DNA from: a virus
DNA length: 64,000 nt
Strand: one strand, 5' to 3'
Virus record (IMG/VR): IMGVR_UViG_3300025133_000028
Below the pieces are notes generated by a model. That model searched no databases, was not told where the DNA came from, and saw nothing but the letters and a program-made list of their open reading frames with translations. Of the stretch, positions 16,437-26,508 are shown piece by piece; position 1 is the stretch's first letter, and every line of letters starts with the position of its first letter. The translations under genes were made by a program, and so were the position numbers.

Positions 16437-16511
16437 AACCGGACAGACTCGAAGCTGTCACACAGGTAGGTCGGGAAGGCCATAGCTAGAAAGCCCTGCC
16501 TGCGGTTTTTT
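16437..16511 (+). ncRNA. GC-rich multi-stem RNA ending in a T-tract
   Basis: AACCG/CGGTT, GACAG/CTGTC, CAGGTAGG/CCTGCCTG. Confidence 0.45.
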
Positions 16512-16530
16512 CCTAAAGAAAGGGACTACC

Positions 16531-16956
16531 ATGACGAATTTTGGTTGGAGTTATCCTCCTGGTTGTAATAGTGTTCCTGGTGACGAACCAGACCCAAATG
16601 AAGATTTGCCTACGGTTGACGAATTTTGTGAATATATGGGTATTGCCGATATCTGTTGTTGTCTGCGAGCCATAGACATACATAATATGGAAGCAGTTGA
16701 CATTATGATTGCCAATACTGACGAATGGTTAACGCCAGGCGACAGACGAAAACTAAAAACATGCCATAATGAAGACCCTATCGAAAAAATCAGGGTTCGC
16801 GGTATTGCTTGGGACGGTAGTGATTGGGAATGGAGCGAAATAATTGACTTGACAAAACCCGAATCTACTCTAGAATGTGTAGACCAAGCGAGAGAAAACT
16901 TTAACGAAGCACTAGCGGGACATCAAGCAGAGAGTGGAGAAGGAGAAATCAGTTGA
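16531..16956 (+). CDS. acidic hypothetical protein
   Basis: FGWSYPPGCNSVPGDE N-terminus, a pattern seen in phage proteins. Confidence 0.7.
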   Translation: MTNFGWSYPPGCNSVPGDEPDPNEDLPTVDEFCEYMGIADICCCLRAIDIHNMEAVDIMIANTDEWLTPGDRRKLKTCHNEDPIEKIRVRGIAWDGSDWEWSEIIDLTKPESTLECVDQARENFNEALAGHQAESGEGEIS

Positions 16957-17324
16957 ATTTTCCAAAATATCGAGTACAAGTAGTACAGCGGGGACGAAAT
17001 TTTGCCGAAACAGTAGTAGCGGCATATTATGGCAAACGCCAAGTTTTTCAAGGAAAGAGAAAAGATTACAGAAACTGGCTACAATTCCCAGAAAAAACAT
17101 GCACATGCGATTGTGGTAATATAATCAACATTCCTAAACGTATTGACAAAGAAGAATGTTACTATGATGTTAGTAATGTTCGTTGTTTAAAATGCGGGCG
17201 GGAATCAGGTGGAGGAAATTGCGAGACGGGCGAAATTGGAGGATGGATTCTAGAACCTTCTTTACGCGAACATGAAAACCCATTATTTAATGAAGACACA
17301 AACGAGTGGTTGGGTAGAGACTAA
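16953..17324 (+). CDS. hypothetical Zn-ribbon protein
   Basis: CTCDCG...CLKCG. Confidence 0.6.
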   Translation: MNFPKYRVQVVQRGRNFAETVVAAYYGKRQVFQGKRKDYRNWLQFPEKTCTCDCGNIINIPKRIDKEECYYDVSNVRCLKCGRESGGGNCETGEIGGWILEPSLREHENPLFNEDTNEWLGRD

Positions 17325-17350
17325 GCATATTTATTTAGAAAGGAATTAAA

Positions 17351-17893
17351 ATGACTAAAGGAACAACCTTCGCAACAATAGAGGCTTTCACAGTAGTTAG
17401 TCTTAAAAAGAATGAGGAATTTACCAATCCAGTCATCCATCACTGGAGACGTAATGTTATGCTAGGTGCGGATTATAAAAATGCAGTAGTAAAGCATGAT
17501 AAAAATCCGCTATTCAAACCACAACCTATGTGGAATGCTAAAGCTACCTACGAACATCCTTATATGGTAGTCCATCGCGACACAGGACAACGATATATTA
17601 GATATTTTCTTCTTAAAGGTAAACCGTCGATTGATAGCTACTACGATTCTGAAACTGGCGAGTTTATTGATAAACAAAGACTAACACCATATTTTAGAAA
17701 AAAACGACCGCAAAAACGCCAAAATCACCCATTTCAAACGAGCGGGGGAGTTAAGCCTAGTAATGTCTATCCGCGAACGCTAAAAATCTATGGCGAAAAA
17801 ATTGGGATTTATTCAACTGGGCTGCTTGAAATTCAAGCAAACAAGCGTACAATCTATGCACAAGACTTGGTTGAGGAATTTAACAAACTCTAG
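17351..17893 (+). CDS. hypothetical protein
   Basis: SD AAGGA, 180 aa. Confidence 0.75.
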   Translation: MTKGTTFATIEAFTVVSLKKNEEFTNPVIHHWRRNVMLGADYKNAVVKHDKNPLFKPQPMWNAKATYEHPYMVVHRDTGQRYIRYFLLKGKPSIDSYYDSETGEFIDKQRLTPYFRKKRPQKRQNHPFQTSGGVKPSNVYPRTLKIYGEKIGIYSTGLLEIQANKRTIYAQDLVEEFNKL

Positions 17894-17921
17894 TATTACA
17901 AAACATTCAAGGGAGAAAACA

Positions 17922-18116
17922 ATGCCTAGCAAATGGGAAGATAATAGTATCCAGTTTCCAAGATTGATTGCAGAAGCAGAAGCAGCGGGGCTGTGGGACA
18001 ACACATCTGACGATTTCCGATTGATGTGTGACTCAATGGATTTGGATACAGAGGAAGTATTTGAAATAATCGAAAGAGCGCAAACAGTGTGGGATAAAAT
18101 TAAAAAGGAAACGTAA
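17922..18116 (+). CDS. small hypothetical protein
   Basis: SD GGGAG, ATG 17922; QFPRLIAE motif. Confidence 0.7.
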   Translation: MPSKWEDNSIQFPRLIAEAEAAGLWDNTSDDFRLMCDSMDLDTEEVFEIIERAQTVWDKIKKET

Positions 18117-18276
18117 TGTATGAAATCTCTATTCGGACTAAAAGCGGAAAATCATTTAAAAACTGTTGGTTAAGACATAAATACAAAATATTCCATACCG
18201 AGAAAGAAGCAATGCAATGGGCGGATTCTTTTGATGAACCAGTAATTATTAACTGGTGTAGATTTGTCAGAGGAGC

Positions 18277-18471
18277 ATGGGGAGCATGATAGACGACCAG
18301 AATAATGCTACAGCGATTCTAATAGGGATTGTATGTGTGTCAATTGCTACTGCATATCTATATGGCAGTCAACCAGTCGGATGGTTGGTTTTTGGTGGCT
18401 GTTTTATATTTTTTGGTACTTTTTTTAGCCTTTTTAATCTATGGTACAATACTAGAAAGAAAAAGAAATGA
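18277..18471 (+). CDS. small membrane protein
   Basis: two hydrophobic segments. Confidence 0.6.
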   Translation: MGSMIDDQNNATAILIGIVCVSIATAYLYGSQPVGWLVFGGCFIFFGTFFSLFNLWYNTRKKKK

Positions 18472-18884
18472 ACAAACATAAGTATATAGTATTCCCAGTA
18501 TATGACAGTCAAGGTTTACGTAGAGTAATAATAGACAGAGCGAAAGAACTCCGATATAGAGACATATATGATATTATTGGACAGACTAAACACAACAAAA
18601 AAGACGCTATACTGCTTAATACAAAAGCTGGAACCATTATGCATTGTAATACTCCATATAATGATATGGACCATCAAATGGGAGACTTACAAACGTTTTT
18701 TGAATCAGACCGCTATCAATATAGAAAACCTCTAAAAATAGATGAACCCCAGGGTTCAACTTTTTATTGTTTAAAAATAGATGAACATGTAGTACAGTTT
18801 CATGATAATTGTATTTATGTTTGGGGTCAAAAAGTAGAAAAAGAAATGATTAGGAAAATCGCCAAAGAAATGGGGATTATTTAA
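18468..18884 (+). CDS. hypothetical protein
   Basis: ATGA overlap. Confidence 0.7.
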   Translation: MNKHKYIVFPVYDSQGLRRVIIDRAKELRYRDIYDIIGQTKHNKKDAILLNTKAGTIMHCNTPYNDMDHQMGDLQTFFESDRYQYRKPLKIDEPQGSTFYCLKIDEHVVQFHDNCIYVWGQKVEKEMIRKIAKEMGII

Positions 18885-19210
18885 TGGAAGCTTGTAGTAT
18901 ATGTGGCGAGCCTAATAAAAAACTAGACACAGTACATACCAAGTGTTTATCACAACTACAAACATTATGTCATAAGTTTAATGCTGTACTTGAAATTAAT
19001 AACTTATACACTGTGCCCAATTTACGAAAATTCATAACAGACGCTAAAAAAGAATCCAACGATGTTAAGCGACTCAAGAGAATCCTAGCTACTTATAAAT
19101 TTACAAACATAGCCTCTTTGCAAAGATATATTCGCGAATCCAAAAAACGAGACCAACTAGAAAAATGGCGGAAAATGGAAAAAAGAGCTATAGGAGCAGA
19201 CGATGATTGA
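18884..19210 (+). CDS. hypothetical protein with N-terminal Zn finger
   Basis: CSICG...HTKC. Confidence 0.65.
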   Translation: MEACSICGEPNKKLDTVHTKCLSQLQTLCHKFNAVLEINNLYTVPNLRKFITDAKKESNDVKRLKRILATYKFTNIASLQRYIRESKKRDQLEKWRKMEKRAIGADDD

Positions 19211-19790
19211 ACAATTAACAAAGCAAGGAAACCGATGTTATTATGAAAATCATTATTATAGATACTACGAACCTAACAAACTCTGGATTTATAGCGGAAC
19301 ATTTAATCCCCTGCATTCAGCACATTTAGAAATTTTCTTTCACGCAAAACGCAAGATTGGAGAAAAAGACTATCTTTCTTTTGAGACTCCGCTAAAACCA
19401 TTTGACAAAGAAGAAAAAGAGCGTAAACTAGAAGCAGTAGTTCAGCAATTCAATAATCTCTGTCTTCCTTTAATAGTTAGTGATTTTTCTAGCTTTATTG
19501 AAAAAAGAAAAAGACTTGGTGGATTGAATGGTTGTAATTTTGTAGTTGGCGACGATACTTTTAAAAGAATTTTTGACATATCGTATTATCATAACAGCAA
19601 AGCAGCAATGGAGAATTGTCTGGAATCATTAATAGGGTCCAAATTTCTAGTTTATCCTAGACATATGGGACAAACCGAATACAATATAGTATTAGATGAT
19701 TTTCCGTATTTACGCGACAATTTCACTTTTGTTAGTGATTTTGCACCGGAGAATATATCATCGACTCAATTGCGGGAACAATCTGTATAG
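19203..19790 (+). CDS. NMN/NaMN adenylyltransferase-like (HxGH nucleotidyltransferase)
   Basis: GTFNPLHSAH, FVVGDDT, ISSTQLR; close to NAMPT. Confidence 0.8.
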   Translation: MIEQLTKQGNRCYYENHYYRYYEPNKLWIYSGTFNPLHSAHLEIFFHAKRKIGEKDYLSFETPLKPFDKEEKERKLEAVVQQFNNLCLPLIVSDFSSFIEKRKRLGGLNGCNFVVGDDTFKRIFDISYYHNSKAAMENCLESLIGSKFLVYPRHMGQTEYNIVLDDFPYLRDNFTFVSDFAPENISSTQLREQSV

Positions 19791-19881
19791 TTGGACTAGT
19801 TTTAATATTGTTTTTAACAGGATTGTGGCCACTTCTTTTCATTATTGGCCTATTAAGTTGGTCACTACATTAAGGAAAAAT

Positions 19882-20067
19882 ATGTTTGTTAAATTCCTAG
19901 ATGCTTTTTGTAATGCTGTTCTTACAATTATATTTTTGCTGGCGGCTGGCGGCTCAATCTGGGTATTACTAATGCTGGCAGCATTGGGATTCACAACCAA
20001 CCCTTTCGCTACTGTTATGGGTATTATACTAATTCCATCTTTTATTTATGCTTTTTGTAAATTATAA
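19882..20067 (+). CDS. small membrane protein
   Basis: SD AAGGA, two TM segments. Confidence 0.6.
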   Translation: MFVKFLDAFCNAVLTIIFLLAAGGSIWVLLMLAALGFTTNPFATVMGIILIPSFIYAFCKL

Positions 20068-20127
20068 AAGAAAATCCAACATGGTGGTAAATTTGGATTT
20101 TTTAGAAAATGGTAACAGGAGTAAAAC

Positions 20128-21666
20128 ATGAACTTAACAGAATTCGCAAAAGGCAGAGTACAGATTCCATTCCCACTACAAGCAGACGCCTATACTATTG
20201 CTGGTGAGTGTTTGGCTAGTCCACAAGCTAAAAAGCAATCAACATACAATCTTACCAATCGGCGTAGTCCCGCAGAAGCTTGGCCAGACGTAGCCCAAGA
20301 TTCTCGCATGGTGTTTTTTGGTTTGACACACTTTATCAGAAATCATTTAACCCAACATATTACCCACGAACAGATAGACCAAACCATTAAGTTTATGCAA
20401 ACAGCACATTCGTTTGGTGGACAACTAAACTTTGACCCAAAACCGTGGCGAAGGGTAGTCAATGAATTTCAAGGTTATATGCCAATTCAAATCGTAGCAT
20501 TGCCAGAAGGAAGTACATTCTTTCCTAATGAACCAGTAATACAAGTTTTTTCTCTTGATGAAGGTTTTGGAGAAATGGCGGCACATATCGAAGCTGTAAT
20601 GCTAGGTATGGTATCTATTGCTACTGCTAGAGCTACGCTAGGTAGACATTGGTTAGAACAAATCCGAAACTATGTTAGACGAGACGTAGGGCACGATAAA
20701 GATATTGTAGACCAAACTGCTAGATTTATGATTCATGATTTTGGTATGCGAGCTAGTAGTACGTCAGAGGAATCCGAATTACTAGGTTTGGCTCACCTAT
20801 TAGTATTTCATGGTACTGACACCTTTAACGCGGCGTATTTGGCTAGACAACTAGGAGCAGAACCACCAACGGGAACTAGTATTCTAGCATTAGCACACCG
20901 AATTGTGCAAGGATGGGATACAGAACACTGTGCCTTCTTTAACCAATATTGTGCTAGTCAAAAGTCTAACAAAGTTGCAAGTTATGTTGCAGATTGTTAT
21001 AATTTTGACAAAGCTGTTAATCGTTTGGCTGAAATGGCCGACAAAGACAGAACAACAATTGTTGCCAGACCAGACAGTGGAGATTATGTCCAGAATGTTC
21101 TTGACATCTTAAATAGTTCAGATAAAATTAGGTATATCCAAGGCGATAGTATGACGCCTACCAAAATTAACAACCTTATGAACCATCTATTAGACGAAGG
21201 TTTTCCAGCAACACAACGCGGAATTTTTGGCGTAGGAGGATATCTACGCAATACACCTAACAGAGATTCGCTAAGCAGTGCTTACAAACTATCTGCTGTT
21301 AGTGGATTAAATCCGAAAGTTAAACTTAGCGAGATTGAAGAAAAGGCTAGTATTCCTGGTCCTAATATTCTGACAAGAGAACATTGTAGTATTTACAGTC
21401 CAACTACTTTTATGACTTATGAGGCAGACGCACAAGGTAAAGACGCACAGGTAGTATACTATGATGGTAACATGGTGAGTAAAGAATGTTTTGGTGATGT
21501 ATGCTTGGAACCTTTTTCTGACATTCAATCGCGATGTATTAATGATTTTGATAAGTGGGAAAGCGTAGCAAAAAGACAACCAAATCTAGGACTAGGTAAG
21601 TTTAATCTTTTTTCTACTGAAGTTAAACGTATTAGAAAAGAGACTTTTAACAAGTATAGGAATTAA
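20128..21666 (+). CDS. nadV: nicotinamide phosphoribosyltransferase (NAMPT)
   Basis: HDFGMR, HLLVFHGTDT, ARPDSGD, IQGD, FGVGG, NRD...AYK. Confidence 0.88.
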   Translation: MNLTEFAKGRVQIPFPLQADAYTIAGECLASPQAKKQSTYNLTNRRSPAEAWPDVAQDSRMVFFGLTHFIRNHLTQHITHEQIDQTIKFMQTAHSFGGQLNFDPKPWRRVVNEFQGYMPIQIVALPEGSTFFPNEPVIQVFSLDEGFGEMAAHIEAVMLGMVSIATARATLGRHWLEQIRNYVRRDVGHDKDIVDQTARFMIHDFGMRASSTSEESELLGLAHLLVFHGTDTFNAAYLARQLGAEPPTGTSILALAHRIVQGWDTEHCAFFNQYCASQKSNKVASYVADCYNFDKAVNRLAEMADKDRTTIVARPDSGDYVQNVLDILNSSDKIRYIQGDSMTPTKINNLMNHLLDEGFPATQRGIFGVGGYLRNTPNRDSLSSAYKLSAVSGLNPKVKLSEIEEKASIPGPNILTREHCSIYSPTTFMTYEADAQGKDAQVVYYDGNMVSKECFGDVCLEPFSDIQSRCINDFDKWESVAKRQPNLGLGKFNLFSTEVKRIRKETFNKYRN

Positions 21667-21669
21667 GTA

Positions 21670-22164
21670 ATGCCACTACCTAAAATGGGTGTAACTGCCG
21701 ACGTAGCATGGTTTCATATTAAACTAAACGAATATATGAATACTAGTGAAGTATACTTTCTGACAGTCAAACGTAAAAACGAACCGTATCGATACTGTCA
21801 TGCTTTGCCGGGAGGTTTTGTTGAACTAAACGAGACTCTTAAACAAGGTGCTAGACGGGAATTGTTTGAAGAGACCCACGGCAATATTGATATGAAACGC
21901 CTACACTTTGTTATGATGCTAGACGGAGTTAAACGAGACCCAAGAGGCAGAACGATATCTGCTGTATTTACTACAATGACTTTTGGTGGTTGGAATGATA
22001 CTTTTAGTTTTCCAGAACTAGAAGCTGGTGATGATGCAAGTGATTTAAAATGGATGAAACTAGATAATACTAATTTGTTGGCGTTTGACCACCATCTAGC
22101 TGTTGAACAAGCTTTTGCTAAGGCTAGTGAAATCTTTAAAATACCACAAGGAGCAATAGTATGA
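21670..22164 (+). CDS. Nudix hydrolase, ADP-ribose pyrophosphatase type
   Basis: LPGGFVELNETLKQGARRELFEET, RDPRGR, AGDDA, LAFDH. Confidence 0.9.
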   Translation: MPLPKMGVTADVAWFHIKLNEYMNTSEVYFLTVKRKNEPYRYCHALPGGFVELNETLKQGARRELFEETHGNIDMKRLHFVMMLDGVKRDPRGRTISAVFTTMTFGGWNDTFSFPELEAGDDASDLKWMKLDNTNLLAFDHHLAVEQAFAKASEIFKIPQGAIV

Positions 22165-22370
22165 TAGAATTGGTAGTAGCTGTTTTTATATGGGTTATAA
22201 TCATAATTATTTCTGTATGTGCATTCTGGTCCACAACTTTGTTTAGCCTAATATGTTATAGTGAATACTTAGGCTTAAAAGCTAAAAAACGACTAAACCA
22301 GATAAGAGAAAAAGAACGCAAAGCCAATGCGGTATGGGAAAAAGGACTTAGAAGGAAAATAAATGAATAA
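22161..22370 (+). CDS. small membrane protein
   Basis: N-terminal TM segment. Confidence 0.6.
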   Translation: MIELVVAVFIWVIIIIISVCAFWSTTLFSLICYSEYLGLKAKKRLNQIREKERKANAVWEKGLRRKINE

Positions 22371-23154
22371 CTTTGGCGATAGAATGAAAAGTTATGAAAA
22401 AGCTTTTGATATCAGACTAAAACCACCATTTGTACTCCGTCTTGATGGCAGAAGTTTTTCTAAGTTTACTAAACAATTTAAAACTATAGACCATCATCCT
22501 TTCTCTGACGAGTTTAGTGATTGTATGGATTTAACATTGTCTCAACTTATGAGAGAAACCAATGCTAGATTCGGATACACACAAAGCGATGAAATTAGCC
22601 TATTGTTTACACAAGATAACCCAGAAAGTCAAACATTCTTTGATGGCAAACTACAAAAACTATGTAGTATAACCTCATGTATAGCCGCTAATACTTTTAA
22701 TGATAATCATGAGTATGGATTAGCTCAGTTTGATTGTCAGGGTTTTAATTTATCAGACGATGAAGTGTGGAATTACTTTTTTTGGCGAGAAAAAGACGCT
22801 GTCCGCAACAGTGTTAGTATGTTGGCCAGACATTATTTTTCACATAAAGAATGTCATAAAAAACCTACTGGTCAACTGATTGAAATGCTGCTAGATTTTG
22901 TTAACGTAGATTGGTATAAAACGATAGATGACAGATTTAAATGGGGAAAACACGTAAAGTCTATACGAGTAGAACGCCGATACTCAACAATGGAAATCGC
23001 CAAACTGCCAAGAAAACACGCCGCGAGAAAAAATCCAGAACTTTTAGTTGCAAGGAAAGAAATTCGTGATATGATACCATTGTTCAAAGCGAGAAACCAC
23101 GGTTTTAGTCAACAAAAATTCCTCATGCAAGAAGACGCTTATGGTGTTAAATAG
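22363..23154 (+). CDS. tRNA(His) guanylyltransferase Thg1-like 3'-5' polymerase
   Basis: RMKSYE, RLDGRSFSKFT, YTQSDEISL, FDGKLQK, WREKDAVRNS. Confidence 0.92.
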   Translation: MNNFGDRMKSYEKAFDIRLKPPFVLRLDGRSFSKFTKQFKTIDHHPFSDEFSDCMDLTLSQLMRETNARFGYTQSDEISLLFTQDNPESQTFFDGKLQKLCSITSCIAANTFNDNHEYGLAQFDCQGFNLSDDEVWNYFFWREKDAVRNSVSMLARHYFSHKECHKKPTGQLIEMLLDFVNVDWYKTIDDRFKWGKHVKSIRVERRYSTMEIAKLPRKHAARKNPELLVARKEIRDMIPLFKARNHGFSQQKFLMQEDAYGVK

Positions 23155-23167
23155 GTAACAATATACA

Positions 23168-24157
23168 ATGAATAAAAGCACACATAAATGTCCTGTTGTA
23201 ACAATCAAGATGGAACCACACCCAAACGCAGACCGTTTAGCAGTTGTACGAGTAGATGATTATACTGTTTGCGTAGCTAAAGATATGTGGGAAGATGGTC
23301 AAAAGGCTGCTTATATTCCTATTGAAAGTATTGTTGATACTGATATGCCAATGTTTAGCTTCCTTAAAAAGAACAAGAGATTCCAAAAGATTAAAACATG
23401 TAAACTTCGTGGTGTTTACTCACAAGGTGTTCTTATTCCTGTAGACAATAGTTACGAATTAGGAACAGACTTAGCCGAACATTTTAATGTTCGTCATGAC
23501 GACCCAGAAGCTAAGTTTGAGGCTAATTGTAAAAGTAGCGAAATCGCTGGTCCTAGTAGTTGGGCTGAAATCCCTAAATATGACGTTGACGCTTTGTTAA
23601 AGTATGGTAGTGATTGGTTTAATGAAGATGAAGATGTTATGGTAACGGAAAAGGTTCATGGTACTAACTTCCGTTGTCTTTACTGTGCTGACACTGGAAA
23701 GTTTTATGTTGGTAGCCGTAAACAATGGCTTGCAGAACAAGATGGTTGTTTGTATTGGAAAATATTTCGGAATTGTCCAGAACTAGCTACTTTCTGTAAA
23801 GAAAATCCTCAATACATGTTTAGAGGAGAAGGTTATGGTATGCAAAAACACTATACTTATGGTATTACTGATGGTAAGTATGGAGTAGTAGGTTTTGACC
23901 TTATGTATAAGAATAGAACATATGTTAGTTCTCGACTTCTTAGGAACATGCTAAAAACATATGATATCCCGCAAGTGCCATTAGTTGGTGTGTATGGTTA
24001 CAATCTTGAACTAATGCAAGAACTAGCAGAAGGTCCAAGTCTACTCGGTGGTAGTTCTCCAAGAGAAGGCATTGTTGTCAAACCTCTTAAAGAATGTCAA
24101 AGCGATACGTTTGATAGGGTTATTCTTAAACTTATTGGTAGTGGATATAAAGGATAA
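23168..24157 (+). CDS. RNA ligase, DRB0094/Rnl2-like family
   Basis: HPNADRL, LRGVYSQG, TEKVHGTN, REGIVVK. Confidence 0.9.
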   Translation: MNKSTHKCPVVTIKMEPHPNADRLAVVRVDDYTVCVAKDMWEDGQKAAYIPIESIVDTDMPMFSFLKKNKRFQKIKTCKLRGVYSQGVLIPVDNSYELGTDLAEHFNVRHDDPEAKFEANCKSSEIAGPSSWAEIPKYDVDALLKYGSDWFNEDEDVMVTEKVHGTNFRCLYCADTGKFYVGSRKQWLAEQDGCLYWKIFRNCPELATFCKENPQYMFRGEGYGMQKHYTYGITDGKYGVVGFDLMYKNRTYVSSRLLRNMLKTYDIPQVPLVGVYGYNLELMQELAEGPSLLGGSSPREGIVVKPLKECQSDTFDRVILKLIGSGYKG

Positions 24158-24160
24158 TTA

Positions 24161-24781
24161 ATGCTGTGTACAACCTGTAATAAAGACAAAAAAGAACTTC
24201 AAGGAAAAAATCAGGTATGTTATCGATGTAGAAACTCTAAAAATGCGGGATTTATCAAGAAAATGCCCAAAACACCTAAACAGCCGAAACCAGACAATGT
24301 AGTATACGGCAAGTGTTCTGAGTTGGTTGATAGGATTACCATACATACGGGGCCAGAGCCAACTAAGCTTAGGGCAGGAATTGCTGATTCTCTATTTGTA
24401 ATCGGTACTACAAAAATCGCGGAACTTAACCACATACCGATAGATGTTGTGCTGGCTAGTTCTGATTTTGAGTGGAATATTCAAAATATAGAAAACGTGG
24501 ATTACGTGGCGATTGTCCTAAACAAAGCTTGCGAAAAACCCGAAACTATGTTACAGTTGGGTTTGTTGTTGGGTTCTGGTGCGGGCAACTTTTCACCAGA
24601 AGTAGGTATAGTTTTGGGAAATAAAAAGCTTGACAATCCCGTGAGGTCGCTTATAACTAGATACAAGACACATAAGATTTTTCCTTCAAGGAATTTGCTT
24701 ATGCGAGATATTCGAGAACGATTCTCTTACGTGTGGTTACAAGATACCTCTTTAACAAGACCAGATTATCTAAATTTATGA
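24161..24781 (+). CDS. Zn finger plus degenerate nucleoside deoxyribosyltransferase-like domain
   Basis: CTTC...CYRC; FEWNIQNIENVD...ETMLQLGL. Confidence 0.5.
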   Translation: MLCTTCNKDKKELQGKNQVCYRCRNSKNAGFIKKMPKTPKQPKPDNVVYGKCSELVDRITIHTGPEPTKLRAGIADSLFVIGTTKIAELNHIPIDVVLASSDFEWNIQNIENVDYVAIVLNKACEKPETMLQLGLLLGSGAGNFSPEVGIVLGNKKLDNPVRSLITRYKTHKIFPSRNLLMRDIRERFSYVWLQDTSLTRPDYLNL

Positions 24782-24827
24782 ATCATTCTGTTAGAGGATA
24801 CAATATGAAAATCATAGGTGAAGCTAT

Positions 24828-25541
24828 ATGAAATACATGGGTAGCAAAAATCGTCATGCTAAACATATCTTACCTATTGTCTTAAAAGACCGAACAGAAG
24901 ACCAATGGTATGTTGAACCTTTTGTTGGTGGTTTTAATGTGATTGATAAAGTAGACGGCAAAAGAATAGGTAACGATATTCACTTTTATTTAACAGAGTT
25001 ATTTAAGGCTGTTCGTGACGGATGGGAACCTCCTTCTGTAGTACCAGAAGACCTATATAAACACATTAGGCTAGATAAAAAGAATTACAGTCCAGAATTG
25101 GTTGGTTTTGTAGGTTTTGGCTGTTCGTATTCTGGTAAGTGGTTTGGTGGTTACGCAAGAGGAAACGACAGTAAGGGCAATCCGCGAAATTACGCCAACG
25201 AGAGTCGGAAAAATATTCTTAAACAAGCTGACAAGATTAAAAATGTAATAATTGAGAATGCGTACTACTGGAATTTACACATACCACCCAAAAGCATTAT
25301 CTACTGTGACCCTCCATACGCCAATACTACCAAATATGCTGAAGATTTTAATCATGAAAAATTTTGGGAGTGGACTAGACAACGAGTAAAAGAAGGGCAT
25401 AATGTCTTTATAAGTGAGTACACGGCACCAAGCGATTTTGTTTCTGTGTGGGAAAAATCGGTTAATAACACTTTAGTTAAAAATACTGGTTCAAAACGTG
25501 GTATTGAAAAGCTTTTTGTATGGAGAAATAATGAACGATAA
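24828..25541 (+). CDS. DNA adenine methyltransferase, Dam/D12 class
   Basis: YMGSK, YVEPFVGG, IYCDPPY. Confidence 0.9.
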   Translation: MKYMGSKNRHAKHILPIVLKDRTEDQWYVEPFVGGFNVIDKVDGKRIGNDIHFYLTELFKAVRDGWEPPSVVPEDLYKHIRLDKKNYSPELVGFVGFGCSYSGKWFGGYARGNDSKGNPRNYANESRKNILKQADKIKNVIIENAYYWNLHIPPKSIIYCDPPYANTTKYAEDFNHEKFWEWTRQRVKEGHNVFISEYTAPSDFVSVWEKSVNNTLVKNTGSKRGIEKLFVWRNNER

Positions 25542-25722
25542 AGAAAAAGTAAACGGCTTTATTAAACAACGTAGTGTCTTAGTAAGCTTCTGTAAGGCTT
25601 GCGAAATATATACGGTTCATTGTCCAGAATGTCAGGCTAACTATTGTGGTGTTGGATGCTCGTGTAATAAGACGTTTCTTAAACTTCAACAACATGCATT
25701 AGATGTACTATTTGACCAATAG
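25531..25722 (+). CDS. small Cys-rich protein
   Basis: CKAC...CPEC...CGVGCSC. Confidence 0.6.
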   Translation: MNDKEKVNGFIKQRSVLVSFCKACEIYTVHCPECQANYCGVGCSCNKTFLKLQQHALDVLFDQ

Positions 25723-25743
25723 ATAGACTTAAGGACAAACAAG

Positions 25744-26508
25744 ATGAACCAGATAATAAATAAAATCTATAACGAAAATTGTCTTGCAACTACAAAAAGA
25801 ATGCCAGATGATTTTGTAGACTTGACGGTAACTTCTCCACCATATGACGACCTAAGAAAATACAACGAATATTCGTTTGATTTTGAAAGTGTTGCTAAAG
25901 AACTGTTAAGAATAACTAAACCAAATGGCGTTATTACATGGGTGGTTTCTGACAGTAGTATCGGTGGTGGAGAAACACTAACGTCTTTTAAACAGGCTTT
26001 GTTTTTCAGAGATATTGGTTTTACAATTAATGATACTATGATTTATACAAAACCAAACAGAAGACCTAGACAATATAGCGCACATAGATATGAACAAATT
26101 TTTGAGTATATTTTTGTATTAGTCAAAGGAACGAAAAGTAAAACATTTAATCCCATAGAAGAAAAGTGTTTAAACGCTGGCAAAACGATTAACTTTTCGT
26201 CTAGGGACCACGACGGCGATAAAATAAATACTAAAAAAACAGTGAAAGTAAAAAAGACAAAAAGAAAAGGTAATATATGGCACTACACTAACAATAGTAC
26301 TGGAATAAATCATCCAGCTATATTTCCTGAACAATTAGCAAAAGATATGATTATAAGCTGGAGTAATGAAAACGATATAGTGTATGACCCCTTTATGGGC
26401 AGTGGAACCACTGCTAAAGTATGTATTCTAAATAACAGAAATTATATTGGTTCTGAAATATCAGCAGAATACTGTAAAATAGCTAAACAAAGGATACTAA
26501 ATGGCTAA
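25744..26508 (+). CDS. DNA N4-C/N6-A methyltransferase (beta class)
   Basis: VTSPPY, HPAIFP, YDPFMGSGTT. Confidence 0.92.
   Translation: MNQIINKIYNENCLATTKRMPDDFVDLTVTSPPYDDLRKYNEYSFDFESVAKELLRITKPNGVITWVVSDSSIGGGETLTSFKQALFFRDIGFTINDTMIYTKPNRRPRQYSAHRYEQIFEYIFVLVKGTKSKTFNPIEEKCLNAGKTINFSSRDHDGDKINTKKTVKVKKTKRKGNIWHYTNNSTGINHPAIFPEQLAKDMIISWSNENDIVYDPFMGSGTTAKVCILNNRNYIGSEISAEYCKIAKQRILNG

Noticed and set aside
16463-16486. SRP (4.5S) RNA resemblance CAGGTAGGTCGGGAAGG
   Set aside because: The conserved CC-GGAA-GG-AAGCAG helix and the long rod are not formed
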